A stretch of 64,000 bases of DNA from Treponemataceae bacterium (GTDB lineage: Bacteria > Spirochaetota > Spirochaetia > Treponematales > Rectinemataceae), in the NCBI GenBank assembly GCA_963667725.2, contig CAXXHO010000003.1, positions 1,536,001 through 1,600,000 of the forward strand. The letters run 5' to 3'. A model generated the notes under the pieces. The model saw nothing but the letters and a program-made list of their open reading frames with translations. It was not told where the DNA came from and made no database searches. The position numbers were made by a program, and so were the translations under genes. This document shows positions 18,115-28,259 of this stretch, in pieces. Positions within the stretch are counted from its first letter, which is position 1, and each line of letters starts with the position of its first letter.

Positions 18115-21100
18115 ACGCCGTCATCGACCTCGGAGACCTCCGGAAAAAAGGATTGTCCCATATCGTCAACGGAACGCCCTGGATATCGGTAGGATTGGGT
18201 ACCTGCGGCATCGGCAACGGAGCCGATGAAGTATTCGCCGCCATAGAAGAGTCCATCAAGAGCACGAAAATAGCCGCCAAGGCGAGGCGCGTGGGCTGTT
18301 TCGGTTTCTGCGCGGCCGAACCCGTCGTCATGGCATATCGCCCGGGCAACCCCCTTCTCATGTTCGCCGACGTAAAGGCCTCGAAGGCCCTTCTCCTCGT
18401 GAAAGGCCTGGCCGATGATGCCGCCTTCGAAAAGATCGCCAAGCTGGCCGAAGCCAAGATAGAGTCCTGGGATTTCAGGACTCATACCGTGACCTTCGGT
18501 CAAGGCTTTCCCTTCCTTCCTACTTGGAAAGAGCTGGCCTTTTTCAAGGGACAGGAAAAACTGGTTCTCAGGGACTGCGGTCTCATCGATCCCGAGCAGA
18601 TTGAGGAATATATCGGGGTAGGAGGCTACACAGGCCTTCTCAAGGCGCTCACCACCATGACGCCCGACTCGATAATCGAGGAAGTGAAAAAATCCGGCCT
18701 TCGCGGACGAGGCGGAGCGGGCTTCCCGACCTGGAAAAAATGGCGGATCATGCGGGACAACGTCCTGGCCAGTCCAGGGGAAACCTACGTCATCTGCAAC
18801 GCCGACGAAGGCGATCCGGGCGCTTACATGAACAGGAACGAGATAGAATCCGATCCCCATATGCTCCTCGAAGGGATCATCACCGGGGCATACGCCATGG
18901 GGGCGTCGCAGGGCATCGTTTACGTGCGCGCCGAATACCCACTGGCAGTGCAACGCCTCACCAAGGCGCTCGAACAGGCGAGAAAAGCCGGCTTGCTCGG
19001 CAAGAATATACTGGGAAGCAAGTTCAATTTCGACATCGATATCGTGACGGGCGCGGGCGCTTTTGTCTGCGGCGAGGAAACCGCTCTCATCGCTTCCATC
19101 GAGGGCAAGGCTGGACGTCCCGCCCCCAGACCGCCCTTCCCCGCCCAAAAAGGGCTTTACGGCAGGCCCACGACCATCGGCAACGTGGAATCCTGGTGCA
19201 ATGTGCCGGTCATCGTCGCCCGGGGCGGAGAGTATTTCGCCGCGATCGGAACGCCTTTGAGCACCGGCACCAAGGTCTTTTCCTTTGTCGGCAAAGTGCG
19301 CAACACCGGTCTCGTGGAGCTGCCCCTGGGCTCCACCCTCGAAAGCGCCGTGTACGGCATGTGCGAAGGCATGGGTCCGAAGAAGAAAATAAAGGGACTC
19401 CAGTCGGGCGGTCCCTCGGGCGGCTGCATTCCCGCCTCGCTTTTCAAGACGCCTATCGACTATGAGCACCTCACCGAACTGGGCGCCATCATGGGCTCGG
19501 GCGGCATGGTCGTCATGGACCAGGACAACTGTATGGTCGACGTGGCACGCTATTTCATCAGCTTCACCGCGAGCGAGTCCTGCGGCAAATGCACGCCCTG
19601 CCGTGAGGGTACGGCCCAGATGCTCAACATTCTGCAGGGCGTGGCTGACGGCGAGGCGAGCGAGCAGGATCTCAAGACGCTGGAGGCTCTGGCCCTCTCC
19701 GTGAAGGATTCCGCCCTCTGCGGACTCGGTCAGACAGCGGCCAATCCCGTGCTCACTACCCTGAAGTATTTCCGCGACGAATACATCCAGCACATCAAGG
19801 CCAAGCGATGCCCGGCCGGCATCTGCGAAAATCTCTATGTAGCCCTCTGCGAATCCTCCTGCCCGCTGCATATGAACATCCCAGGCTACCTGCAGCTCCT
19901 CAAGGAAAACAGGATAGAGGATGCCTTCGAGCTCACCCTCCGCGAGAATCCGCTGCCCGGTTCCCTCGGCCGCATCTGCCATTTCCACTGCAGGATGCGC
20001 TGCAGGCGCGACATGCTCGACGAGCCGGTGTCCCAGGGTGAAATCCATCGCTACCTCGCCGATTCCATGTACAAAATGGGAAGGGAAAAATCGATCTACA
20101 ACAGGCTCATCAAGGAAAAGCTGCCTCCCACCGGAAAAAAGATCGCCATCGTCGGCGCCGGTCCAGCGGGACTCGCGGCGGCCTTCTGGCTTTCGCGGCT
20201 CGGTCATGAGGTTACAGTCTACGACGCCGAAAGCGAGGCCGGCGGCGTGCTCAGATGGGGAATTCCCTCCTACCGTCTGCCCAAGGACGTACTGAAGAAG
20301 GAAATTTCCTTCATCCAGAAACTGGGCGCGCGCTTTATCTTCAATACCAGAATGGAGACGAAGGAACAATGGCAGAGGCTTCTCGATGCCTCCGACGCCG
20401 TCATCATCGCCGCGGGAGCCGGAAGCGAGATAAGCCTCAACATTCCCGGGGAGAACCTGAAAGGCGTCATCCCCGCGAGCGAACTGCTCAAGAATATCAG
20501 CGAAGGCCAGAAGCCCAAAATCGGCAGCGAAGTGATCGTTGTTGGCGGAGGGAACTCGGCGATCGACGCGGCCAGGTCAGCGCTGAGGCTCGGCGCCCAT
20601 GTCACGCTCGTGTACAGAAGGGCTCGCTCCGATATGCCTGCCAACGTCGAGGAACTAACCGGCGCGCTGGAAGAAGGCGTTTCACTCACCTGCATGACCC
20701 AACCCGTCGAGGTGCTGGGCAACGGAAACGCGCAGAATCCCAAGGCCAAGGCGCTCAGGGTCCAGAGAATGAAGGCCGGCCCAGTGGATTCCTCGGGCCG
20801 CCCCAGGCCTGTGCCCACCGACGATTTCTACGAGATTCCATGCGACTCGATCATCGTCGCCATCGGCGAGAAGGTGGGGATTCCGGGTCTGGATGCTATC
20901 GATGTTGGCGTGGAGCGGGACGGCCGCCTCAAGGCCGATCCCTATTCGCTGCGTTCCGCCAATCCCAAGGTGATTGTCTGCGGCGACGCGGCCATGGGGC
21001 CAGCGACAGCGGCCGAGGCCATGGGACAGGCGCGGATCGCCGCCGAATCGCTCGACGAGACGCTCACCGGCGAAAAACGCTTCCAGAAATTGTTCAGGTC

Positions 21101-21311
21101 CTTCGAATACAAGATGCAGGTGCCCAGCAAGCTCACCAAGGCCAAGATGACCAGGGCGGTATTCATACCGGTGGATGCCCGAAAGAGCAATTTCATGGAA
21201 ATTTCCCTCGGTTACACGGGCGAGCAGGCGCGGATCGAAGCCGAACGCTGCTTGCGCTGCGATGTTCGCGATCGGAAGCGCCAGACCTACAGCGCTCCGC
21301 TGGAAGAATAA
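18111..21311 (+). CDS. Hydrogenase flavin subunit: HndB-like domain + NuoF/HydB + GltD/NfnB-like FAD-NADPH domain fusion
   Basis: VGLGTCG/CFGFC; SGLRGRGGAGFP, NADEGDPG, CGEETAL, GGPSGG, ESCGKCTPCREG; then CESSCP, GRICHFHC, GAGPAG, GGGNSA, YRR, EAERCLRC. Confidence 0.93.
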   Translation: MNAVIDLGDLRKKGLSHIVNGTPWISVGLGTCGIGNGADEVFAAIEESIKSTKIAAKARRVGCFGFCAAEPVVMAYRPGNPLLMFADVKASKALLLVKGLADDAAFEKIAKLAEAKIESWDFRTHTVTFGQGFPFLPTWKELAFFKGQEKLVLRDCGLIDPEQIEEYIGVGGYTGLLKALTTMTPDSIIEEVKKSGLRGRGGAGFPTWKKWRIMRDNVLASPGETYVICNADEGDPGAYMNRNEIESDPHMLLEGIITGAYAMGASQGIVYVRAEYPLAVQRLTKALEQARKAGLLGKNILGSKFNFDIDIVTGAGAFVCGEETALIASIEGKAGRPAPRPPFPAQKGLYGRPTTIGNVESWCNVPVIVARGGEYFAAIGTPLSTGTKVFSFVGKVRNTGLVELPLGSTLESAVYGMCEGMGPKKKIKGLQSGGPSGGCIPASLFKTPIDYEHLTELGAIMGSGGMVVMDQDNCMVDVARYFISFTASESCGKCTPCREGTAQMLNILQGVADGEASEQDLKTLEALALSVKDSALCGLGQTAANPVLTTLKYFRDEYIQHIKAKRCPAGICENLYVALCESSCPLHMNIPGYLQLLKENRIEDAFELTLRENPLPGSLGRICHFHCRMRCRRDMLDEPVSQGEIHRYLADSMYKMGREKSIYNRLIKEKLPPTGKKIAIVGAGPAGLAAAFWLSRLGHEVTVYDAESEAGGVLRWGIPSYRLPKDVLKKEISFIQKLGARFIFNTRMETKEQWQRLLDASDAVIIAAGAGSEISLNIPGENLKGVIPASELLKNISEGQKPKIGSEVIVVGGGNSAIDAARSALRLGAHVTLVYRRARSDMPANVEELTGALEEGVSLTCMTQPVEVLGNGNAQNPKAKALRVQRMKAGPVDSSGRPRPVPTDDFYEIPCDSIIVAIGEKVGIPGLDAIDVGVERDGRLKADPYSLRSANPKVIVCGDAAMGPATAAEAMGQARIAAESLDETLTGEKRFQKLFRSFEYKMQVPSKLTKAKMTRAVFIPVDARKSNFMEISLGYTGEQARIEAERCLRCDVRDRKRQTYSAPLEE

Positions 21312-21323
21312 AGGGGGAATGCC

Positions 21324-23105
21324 ATGGAAACCAAAACTATAACGATTACCGTCGACGGACACAGCCTGGAAGTGGACCCCGAGCAGAACCTCATCGAGGC
21401 CTGCGCCAAAGCCGGAGTAAAGATTCCGACGCTCTGCTACATGAAGGATATATCGTCCAACGCGTCCTGCGGCGTATGTGTCGTCGAAGTCGAGGGCGCC
21501 AAGTCGCTCATCAGATCCTGTGTCCAGAAACCGATGCCGGGAATGAAGATCCACACGGCCAGCGCCAGGGTGATAAATGCCCGCAGGACGGCCATCGAGC
21601 TTCTCCTGGCCAATCATCCGACGGACTGTCTTTCCTGCATACGATCGGGAACCTGCGAGCTGCGGACGCTTTCGGAGTCCCTCGGCGTTCGCGCCTCCCA
21701 TTTTCCCAAGCTCAAGAAATACCCGCAGCCCGACAATTCCTCGGACGGCCTCGTGCGCGACGACTCCAAGTGCATACTCTGCGGGCGCTGCGTGGCCGTC
21801 TGCGCCGAAGTCCAGTCCGTTCACGCGATCGCCTTCGCGGGACGCGGCGCGAGGACGCGCGTCAGCACCTTCATGGACAGGGGACTGGCGCATAGTCCCT
21901 GCGTCCAGTGCGGCCAGTGTTCGGTCGTCTGCCCCACCGCCGCGATTTCGGAAAAAGACCAGTCCCAGGAGGTTCTCGGGGCGCTCGCCGCGCCAGGCCT
22001 CACTATGGTGGTCCAGACGGCTCCCGCTATCCGCGCCTCTCTCGGCGAAGCCTTGGGGATGCCGCCGGGAAGTCTCGTAACGGGCAAGATGGTCGCCGCT
22101 CTACGGCGCCTCGGATTCTCCAAGGTGTTCGACACCCAGTTCACGGCCGACCTCACCATCATGGAAGAGGGCACCGAGCTCATCAACAGGATCAAGGGCG
22201 GAGGCACCCTGCCGATGATCACCTCCTGTTCGCCCGGATGGATCAACTTCATCGAAACCTTCTATCCGAGCCTCCTGCCCCATTTATCCACATGCAAGAG
22301 TCCCCAGCAGATGTTCGGCGCGGTGGCCAAGACCTTCTATTCCGAAAAAGCCGGAATTGCTCCGGAGTCCATGCGCGTGGTCTCCATCATGCCCTGCACG
22401 GCCAAGAAGGGCGAGACGAAGCGGAACGGAATGGATTCGGCCTACACCTGGTGGAACGAAAAAGCCGGAATGAAACCCGGGCCGAAAAAGCCTGTCCATT
22501 ATCAGGATGTCGACTGGGCGCTCACGACCAGGGAATTGGCGAGAATGATACGCCTCGCCGGCATCGAGATAGCCTCCCTGCCCGAGGAAGAATTCGACAG
22601 CCCGCTCGGAACGTCGACGGGAGCGGCCACCATCTTCGGCACGACGGGCGGCGTCATGGAAGCGGCCCTGCGGACCGTCTACGAAATCCTCGAGGGCAAA
22701 CCCCTGCCCAGAACCGACTTCACACCCGTCAGAGGGCTGCAGGGCATCAAGACGGCCGAAGTGCCCGCGGCGGGGATGAAGATTCGCGTGGCCGTGGCCC
22801 ACGGCCTGAAGAACGCCCGCGTCATCCTTGACGAAATGGCCGCTGGGAAAAGTCCTTACCATTTCATCGAAGTGATGTCCTGCCCCGGCGGATGCATCGG
22901 CGGAGGCGGCCAGCCCGTCCTCCCCGACATGGAAAAAAAGCTTGCGCGCAATCTCTCGCTCTATGCCGAGGATCTCAGGCTTCCCGAACGAAAATCCCAC
23001 CAGAATCTGGAAGTGAGCGCACTCTACAAGGAATTCCTGGGAAATCCCGCGGGGCACTTGTCGCATGAGCTGCTTCATACAACCTATGCGGCCAGGAATT
23101 TCTAG
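21324..23105 (+). CDS. hydA: Group A [FeFe]-hydrogenase catalytic subunit
   Basis: N-terminal [2Fe-2S], His-ligated HPTDCLSC, two [4Fe-4S]; H-cluster motifs TSCSPGW, MPCTAKKGE, EVMSCPGGCIGGGGQP. Confidence 0.96.
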   Translation: METKTITITVDGHSLEVDPEQNLIEACAKAGVKIPTLCYMKDISSNASCGVCVVEVEGAKSLIRSCVQKPMPGMKIHTASARVINARRTAIELLLANHPTDCLSCIRSGTCELRTLSESLGVRASHFPKLKKYPQPDNSSDGLVRDDSKCILCGRCVAVCAEVQSVHAIAFAGRGARTRVSTFMDRGLAHSPCVQCGQCSVVCPTAAISEKDQSQEVLGALAAPGLTMVVQTAPAIRASLGEALGMPPGSLVTGKMVAALRRLGFSKVFDTQFTADLTIMEEGTELINRIKGGGTLPMITSCSPGWINFIETFYPSLLPHLSTCKSPQQMFGAVAKTFYSEKAGIAPESMRVVSIMPCTAKKGETKRNGMDSAYTWWNEKAGMKPGPKKPVHYQDVDWALTTRELARMIRLAGIEIASLPEEEFDSPLGTSTGAATIFGTTGGVMEAALRTVYEILEGKPLPRTDFTPVRGLQGIKTAEVPAAGMKIRVAVAHGLKNARVILDEMAAGKSPYHFIEVMSCPGGCIGGGGQPVLPDMEKKLARNLSLYAEDLRLPERKSHQNLEVSALYKEFLGNPAGHLSHELLHTTYAARNF

Positions 23106-23241
23106 GGCTTCTCGTCCATGTCGTTTTTTCGATGTTTCATGATTGTCGTGACGAGGGCGTCCCGCGAAAAGCGGGACGCCCTCGTTCCATAATCCAGAGC
23201 CTTCTCTGGACAAAAGCCCGCCGGCAAGGTACTACAGTAAC

Positions 23242-23937
23242 GTGCGAATAAAAGCGGTCGGCTTCGACCTGGACGGAACATTGTATCCCGCATGGCTTAT
23301 GTACGCGGCTTCCGCCGACATCGGGATGCTGCACCCCAGACTTCTCGGCGCCTATGGCGCGGCTCGCAGGGCTCTGCGGGCGCCGGATGCGTCGGCGCCT
23401 CAGGATACAACAGATCCGGAAAACGGGAAACTCATCTCCCAGGCCTTCAGAAAACGCCAGGCATCAATGATCGCCAGGAATCTCGGCGCCGATATGGATG
23501 AGGTGACCGCTTCCATCGATACGCTGATTTATTCAACCATAGAAAAGCGATTTAGGTTCATCAGGCCTTATAAGGGCGTCGCCGACTGTCTGCGGACGCT
23601 CCATCAATCCGGGCTTCGTCTCGGCATTCTGTCGGACCTGCCGCCGTCACAAAAAATCAGGCTGCTGGGTTTTTCGGGAATTTTCGATTCCATGCTCTGC
23701 TCCGAGGATTCCGGAGCGCTCAAGCCGGATCCGCGTCCTTTTTTTGCCCTCGCCGCCAGTTTGGGCGTCGAACCGGAATGCATTTTATATGTAGGCAACA
23801 AACATGACTACGATATCATGGGCGCCAGAGCCGCCGGCATGAAGACTGCCCTGATCGGGAAGGGAAAGGATGCCGATGCCGATTTCACCTTCAGACGCTG
23901 GGACGCCCTTACGCAATGGATTCTAGCCCGTATTTGA
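23242..23937 (+). CDS. HAD-family hydrolase
   Basis: FDLDGTL, KPDP, YVGN...DIMGA. Confidence 0.9.
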   Translation: MRIKAVGFDLDGTLYPAWLMYAASADIGMLHPRLLGAYGAARRALRAPDASAPQDTTDPENGKLISQAFRKRQASMIARNLGADMDEVTASIDTLIYSTIEKRFRFIRPYKGVADCLRTLHQSGLRLGILSDLPPSQKIRLLGFSGIFDSMLCSEDSGALKPDPRPFFALAASLGVEPECILYVGNKHDYDIMGARAAGMKTALIGKGKDADADFTFRRWDALTQWILARI

Positions 23938-23945
23938 GCCATCCG

Positions 23946-24764
23946 TCATATCCTGTATACGTCCCCGTTTCTGGCAAACCGCAACCTGCCGTTCTCCGGC
24001 GGCACCGCGCCGAAATGCGTGGCGACGAGCCGGGCGCCGGGGGACAATAAAGGCATTACGCGCGCTTCGATCTCCGCCGGGCTTAAATGCACTTCGCCCT
24101 CCCAAGGCCGTCTCTCGGCATCCGTTCCGGTAGCTCTCCCGGCATCCGTCCCGTCTTCCGCGTCCAGGGCACCCTTGCCACCGGAATCGCAGAGTACGAG
24201 ACGCCCGCCGTTGGACAGGAGGGCCTCGAGGCGGGGGCTCCATTTCGTGTCGGAGGTCGCGATGAAAAGCGGCGCCTCTTCCGCCTCCCTGCCTATACGT
24301 ATCGAATACGTGAGGGGAGAATGTTCGGCCTTGAAAAATTCGAGCCAAAGCCCGCCGGCCGCTTTCATCCTCTCGCCTTCTTTTATTTCGGCCGCTTCCA
24401 GGGCCGAGAGGCTCCATTCCACATAGGGGTGTTCGGGCGAAATGGCCAAGCCAAGAATCGTTCTCATCCACTCCCGCAATCCTGAAGGCGCGATGAGCTT
24501 CAGCGGAGCGGCTTCGCGCCCGCCCTGCCCCTTGTTTCGCGTCAGGTAAAGATTGAAAAGCAGAAAGGGCAGGCCAAAGCAATGGTCGCCATGAAAATGC
24601 GTGATGACGATAGTATCGATGTCGCATAAAGCGACATTTTCGCGCATGAGGGACTGGAGGATGTCGGGAGGGGCTTCTACGAGCAGGTGCCCATCGACCA
24701 GGCAGGAATTGAAGGGTAAGCCTTCGTTTTCAAATCCGCCCACGCCAAGAATCTTCACTTCCAT
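23946..24764 (-). CDS. Metallo-beta-lactamase-fold hydrolase (RNase Z-like)
   Basis: ILGVG, THFHGDH, AEH, SDT, VH, ATH. Confidence 0.85.
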   Translation of the reverse strand: MEVKILGVGGFENEGLPFNSCLVDGHLLVEAPPDILQSLMRENVALCDIDTIVITHFHGDHCFGLPFLLFNLYLTRNKGQGGREAAPLKLIAPSGLREWMRTILGLAISPEHPYVEWSLSALEAAEIKEGERMKAAGGLWLEFFKAEHSPLTYSIRIGREAEEAPLFIATSDTKWSPRLEALLSNGGRLVLCDSGGKGALDAEDGTDAGRATGTDAERRPWEGEVHLSPAEIEARVMPLLSPGARLVATHFGAVPPENGRLRFARNGDVYRI

Positions 24765-24775
24765 GTCAACTCCGT

Positions 24776-24820
24776 TAGCCTCGCCGGCGAGCTAGTCTCG
24801 CTGGCGAGCTAGTCTCGCCA
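24776..24820. repeat. 17-bp tandem repeat (about 2.6 units) of palindromic units at the dnaE stop
   Basis: tagcctcgccggcgagc tagtctcgctggcgagc tagtctcgcca. Confidence 0.8.
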
Positions 24821-27800
24821 AACCTCCGCGACGAATGGCTGGGTCTTCAGGTATTCCACATCCCTGTCGAGGGCGGAGCAGGAAATATGGGCACCCGCCC
24901 GCACGATGGCTTCCCCGCCCTTATCCTTGAGGGGGATATGGAAGGTCAGCGAACAAGACCCCGGAAGTGAATATATCGCATCGCGCAGCTCGATCATGGT
25001 TTCCTCATCGTACCTGCTTCCGTTCTCCACCGAAGCGAGGCGAATGTGCAGTTCCCGCCAGGACTTTTCCTTCAGGGAAGCCGGATCGAGAAGTTCCTTC
25101 ACCTGGAGAGAGGGCTTCCCCCGCGATCCGTCAAAGGTTCCCTTTATGCAGTAGACGCGGTCGGTAGCCAGCTGGGAGCGCAGCAGCTCCAGCGTATCGG
25201 GGAAAACCACTATCTCGATGGAGCCGGAATAATCTTCCAGGAGGCCGAAGGCCATTTTCCGTCCCGCCTTCGTTATTATCTCCCTGAACTCCATCATCAT
25301 GGCCACTACGATATATTCCTTGTCCTGGGTGGCGTGTTCGAGGTGGGAGAGATCGAGGGATGAGGAGCGTTCCCATATCTGCCTATATTCATCCATGGGA
25401 TGGCCGGTGAAATAGAAGCCGAGGAGAGCCTTCTCGAAATCCAGCATTTCCTGGCGGCCGTACTCCTCGCAGGGCTCCATGTTGAAGGGCGGGAACACCG
25501 TCTCGTCCCCTGAGTCGAAGAGGCTGCCCTGCCGCGAGGATTCGTGCTCCATCTTGGAAGAAACCCAGTCCAGGGCCCGTTCCAGGTTGAGCATCAGTTC
25601 CTTCCGCCTGCATCCCAGCGAATCGAAACAGCCCGCGTGAATAAGAGATTCCAGTATTTTCTTGTTAAGTCCAACGCTGGACATGCGCGACAGGAAATCG
25701 ACGAAATCGGAGAAGGGACCTTTGTCCTTCCTCTCGTTCATGATGGCGTTGGCGATGCCCGCTCCCACGCCCTTTATGCCCAGGAAACCATAGACGATTT
25801 CTCCCTTTTCCACGCTGAACATGGCTTCGGAGTAGTTGATGTCGGGCGGCAGCACCTTTCTGCCCATGGCCTTGGCTTCGCTTATGTACTGCGTCAGTTT
25901 TCCCGTGTCGTTTATCTCGTTGGTGAGGTTGGCGGCCATGAATTCGGCGGGATAGTTGGCCTTGAGATAGGCGGTGCGATAGGCGACGACGGAATAGGCC
26001 GCGGCGTGGGACTTGTTGAAGCCGTAGCCCGCGAAGGGGGTGAGGATGTCGAATATTTCCTCGGCTTCCTCTTTCTTGTAGCCCCTTTTCAGGGCTCCCT
26101 CGATGAAGGGCGCTCTTTCCTTGGCGAGGATTTCCGGTTTTTTCTTGCCCATGGCCCTGCGGAGGAGGTCGGCTCGCCCCAGGGAATAGCCCGCCACCTC
26201 CTGCGCCGCCTGCATTACCTGTTCCTGGTAGACGATGACGCCGTAAGTCGCCTTGAGGTATTTCTCGAGGGAGGGATGGGGATAGGTTATGGGGATCTTT
26301 CCGGTCTTGGAATCGATGTACTTGTCGATGAAGTCCATCGGGCCAGGCCGGTAGAGGGCGTTCAGGGCTATCAAGTCCTCGATCGTGTTCGGCTTGGCCC
26401 TTTTCAGGATGTTCTGCATGCCCGAGGATTCGAATTGGAATATCGAGGTGCTCTTGCCTTCGCCGAGGAGCTGGAAGGTCTTCCTGTCGTCCTCGGGGAT
26501 ATCGTCTTCCTTGAGCTCGATCCCCCGTTTCTTGATGAGGTTGAGCGTGTTCTTGATCAGGGTCAGGGTCTTGAGTCCGAGGAAGTCCATCTTGACCAGG
26601 CCGCAGTTCTCCAGATAGTCCATCGTGTACTGCGTCGAAATATTGCCGGTCTTGGGGTCCTTGTAGAGGGGGACGAAGTCCGTGAGGACGGATTTCCCGA
26701 TGACGATGCCCGCCGCGTGTATGGAACTGTGCCTGTGCAGGTTTTCCAGCCTCAATCCGATCTTGAAGAGTTCCTGGTAGCGCGGGTCGTTGGCCAGGGT
26801 CTGGAGTTTCGGCTCCATCTCGAAGGCAGTCTCCAGGGTCATGTGGGGATCTTCGGGGATGAGCTTGGCTATGTTGTTCGCGTCCTCGAAGGAAATATCG
26901 AGGGCGCGCGACACGTCCTTTATGACGGCCTTGGCCTTCAGGGTCCCGAAGGTGATGATCTGCCCCACCCTATCCACGCCATATTTCCGCGTGACGTACT
27001 CGATCACTTCCCCTCGTCTTTCATAGCAGAAATCGATGTCGAAGTCAGGCATTGAGATTCGTTCGGGATTGAGGAAGCGCTCGAAGAGGAGATCGAATTT
27101 CAGAGGATCGATATCGGTGATCCTTAGGGCGTAGGCCACGATCGAGCCCGCTCCCGATCCGCGGCCGGGGCCGACGGGAATGTCGTGCTGCTTGGCCCAG
27201 TCGATGAAGTCCCAGACAATGAGGTAGTAGCCGGTGAAGCCCATCTTGATGATGACCGAAAGCTCGTATTCGGCTCTGTCCCGGATCGTCTTGTCGGCGT
27301 TGGGATAGCGCCTGGAGAGGCCTTCATAGGTAAGATGGCGCAGGTAGGCTTCGGGAGACTCGAACTCGGGCGGAATCTCGTAGTCGGGAAGCATGGGTCC
27401 GGGAAAATCTATCTTGAGCTGGACCATCTCGTTGATCTTGAGGGTGTTTTCGAGAGCCTGAGGCACTTCGCCGAAGAGGGCCGCCATTTCGTAGGCGGTT
27501 TTTAGGTAGAACTGGTTGTTGGGAAAGCGCATGCGTCCTGGCTCATTCCGCTTGCGGTTCGTGCCCACGCAGAGAAGGATGTCCTGGGCTACGGAATCCT
27601 CCTGGTTTATGTAATGAAGATCGTTCGTGGCGACAAGCGGCAGCCCAGTCCGCCTGGACATGGATATAAGCTCGCGGTTGACGAGTTTCTGCTCCTCCAG
27701 TCCGTGATCCTGCAGTTCGAGATAGAATCTGTCCTTTCCGAAGAGTTCCTGGTAATAGAGGACTTTTTTTTCAGCCGCATCCCTCTTTCCGGAGAGAATG

Positions 27801-28240
27801 AGAGAGGGGATTTCGCCCGCTATACAGGCGGTGGAGGCGATAAGTCCCTTGGAATACATCGCGAGGATTTCGTCGTCGATTCGAGGTTTATAGTAGAAGC
27901 CCTCGGTGTAGGAAAGCGAGGTGAGCTTCATGAGGTTGCGGTAGCCTTCCTGGTTTTCGGCCAGGAGGATGAAGTGCCAGTACTTGTTGCCGTTCTCGGT
28001 TCCGGCTTTTTCCCGGCGGGATCCGCCGGCCATATAGAACTCGCAGCCGATGATGGGATTCACGCCCTCTTCCCTGCAGGCTTTGTTGAAAGTGAGGGCC
28101 CCGAACATATTGCCGTGATCCGTTATCGCCAAGCCGGGCATTCCGTAGCGCTTGGCCGTGGCGACAAGTTCCTTGATGGGAGCGGCTCCGTCGAGGAGGG
28201 AGAAATCTGTGTGGTTGTGAAGATGCACGAATTCCGACAT
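24809..28240 (-). CDS. dnaE: DNA polymerase III alpha subunit
   Basis: PHP FVHLHNHT..SLLDG, GPGRGSGAGS, SMPDFDIDF, KMDFLGL, FNKSHAAAY; no intein-sized insertion. Confidence 0.98.
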   Translation of the reverse strand: MSEFVHLHNHTDFSLLDGAAPIKELVATAKRYGMPGLAITDHGNMFGALTFNKACREEGVNPIIGCEFYMAGGSRREKAGTENGNKYWHFILLAENQEGYRNLMKLTSLSYTEGFYYKPRIDDEILAMYSKGLIASTACIAGEIPSLILSGKRDAAEKKVLYYQELFGKDRFYLELQDHGLEEQKLVNRELISMSRRTGLPLVATNDLHYINQEDSVAQDILLCVGTNRKRNEPGRMRFPNNQFYLKTAYEMAALFGEVPQALENTLKINEMVQLKIDFPGPMLPDYEIPPEFESPEAYLRHLTYEGLSRRYPNADKTIRDRAEYELSVIIKMGFTGYYLIVWDFIDWAKQHDIPVGPGRGSGAGSIVAYALRITDIDPLKFDLLFERFLNPERISMPDFDIDFCYERRGEVIEYVTRKYGVDRVGQIITFGTLKAKAVIKDVSRALDISFEDANNIAKLIPEDPHMTLETAFEMEPKLQTLANDPRYQELFKIGLRLENLHRHSSIHAAGIVIGKSVLTDFVPLYKDPKTGNISTQYTMDYLENCGLVKMDFLGLKTLTLIKNTLNLIKKRGIELKEDDIPEDDRKTFQLLGEGKSTSIFQFESSGMQNILKRAKPNTIEDLIALNALYRPGPMDFIDKYIDSKTGKIPITYPHPSLEKYLKATYGVIVYQEQVMQAAQEVAGYSLGRADLLRRAMGKKKPEILAKERAPFIEGALKRGYKKEEAEEIFDILTPFAGYGFNKSHAAAYSVVAYRTAYLKANYPAEFMAANLTNEINDTGKLTQYISEAKAMGRKVLPPDINYSEAMFSVEKGEIVYGFLGIKGVGAGIANAIMNERKDKGPFSDFVDFLSRMSSVGLNKKILESLIHAGCFDSLGCRRKELMLNLERALDWVSSKMEHESSRQGSLFDSGDETVFPPFNMEPCEEYGRQEMLDFEKALLGFYFTGHPMDEYRQIWERSSSLDLSHLEHATQDKEYIVVAMMMEFREIITKAGRKMAFGLLEDYSGSIEIVVFPDTLELLRSQLATDRVYCIKGTFDGSRGKPSLQVKELLDPASLKEKSWRELHIRLASVENGSRYDEETMIELRDAIYSLPGSCSLTFHIPLKDKGGEAIVRAGAHISCSALDRDVEYLKTQPFVAEVWRD

Positions 28241-28259
28241 GGCCGAAGTATAGCCTACT

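Noticed and set aside
17802..20369. 855-aa antisense ORF, and similar long ORFs (20255-21895, 25544-27055, 36938-38449, 8676-9902, 33577-34893)
   Set aside because: Shadow or alternative-frame ORFs over well-supported genes, expected from high-GC codon bias; no recognisable motifs.
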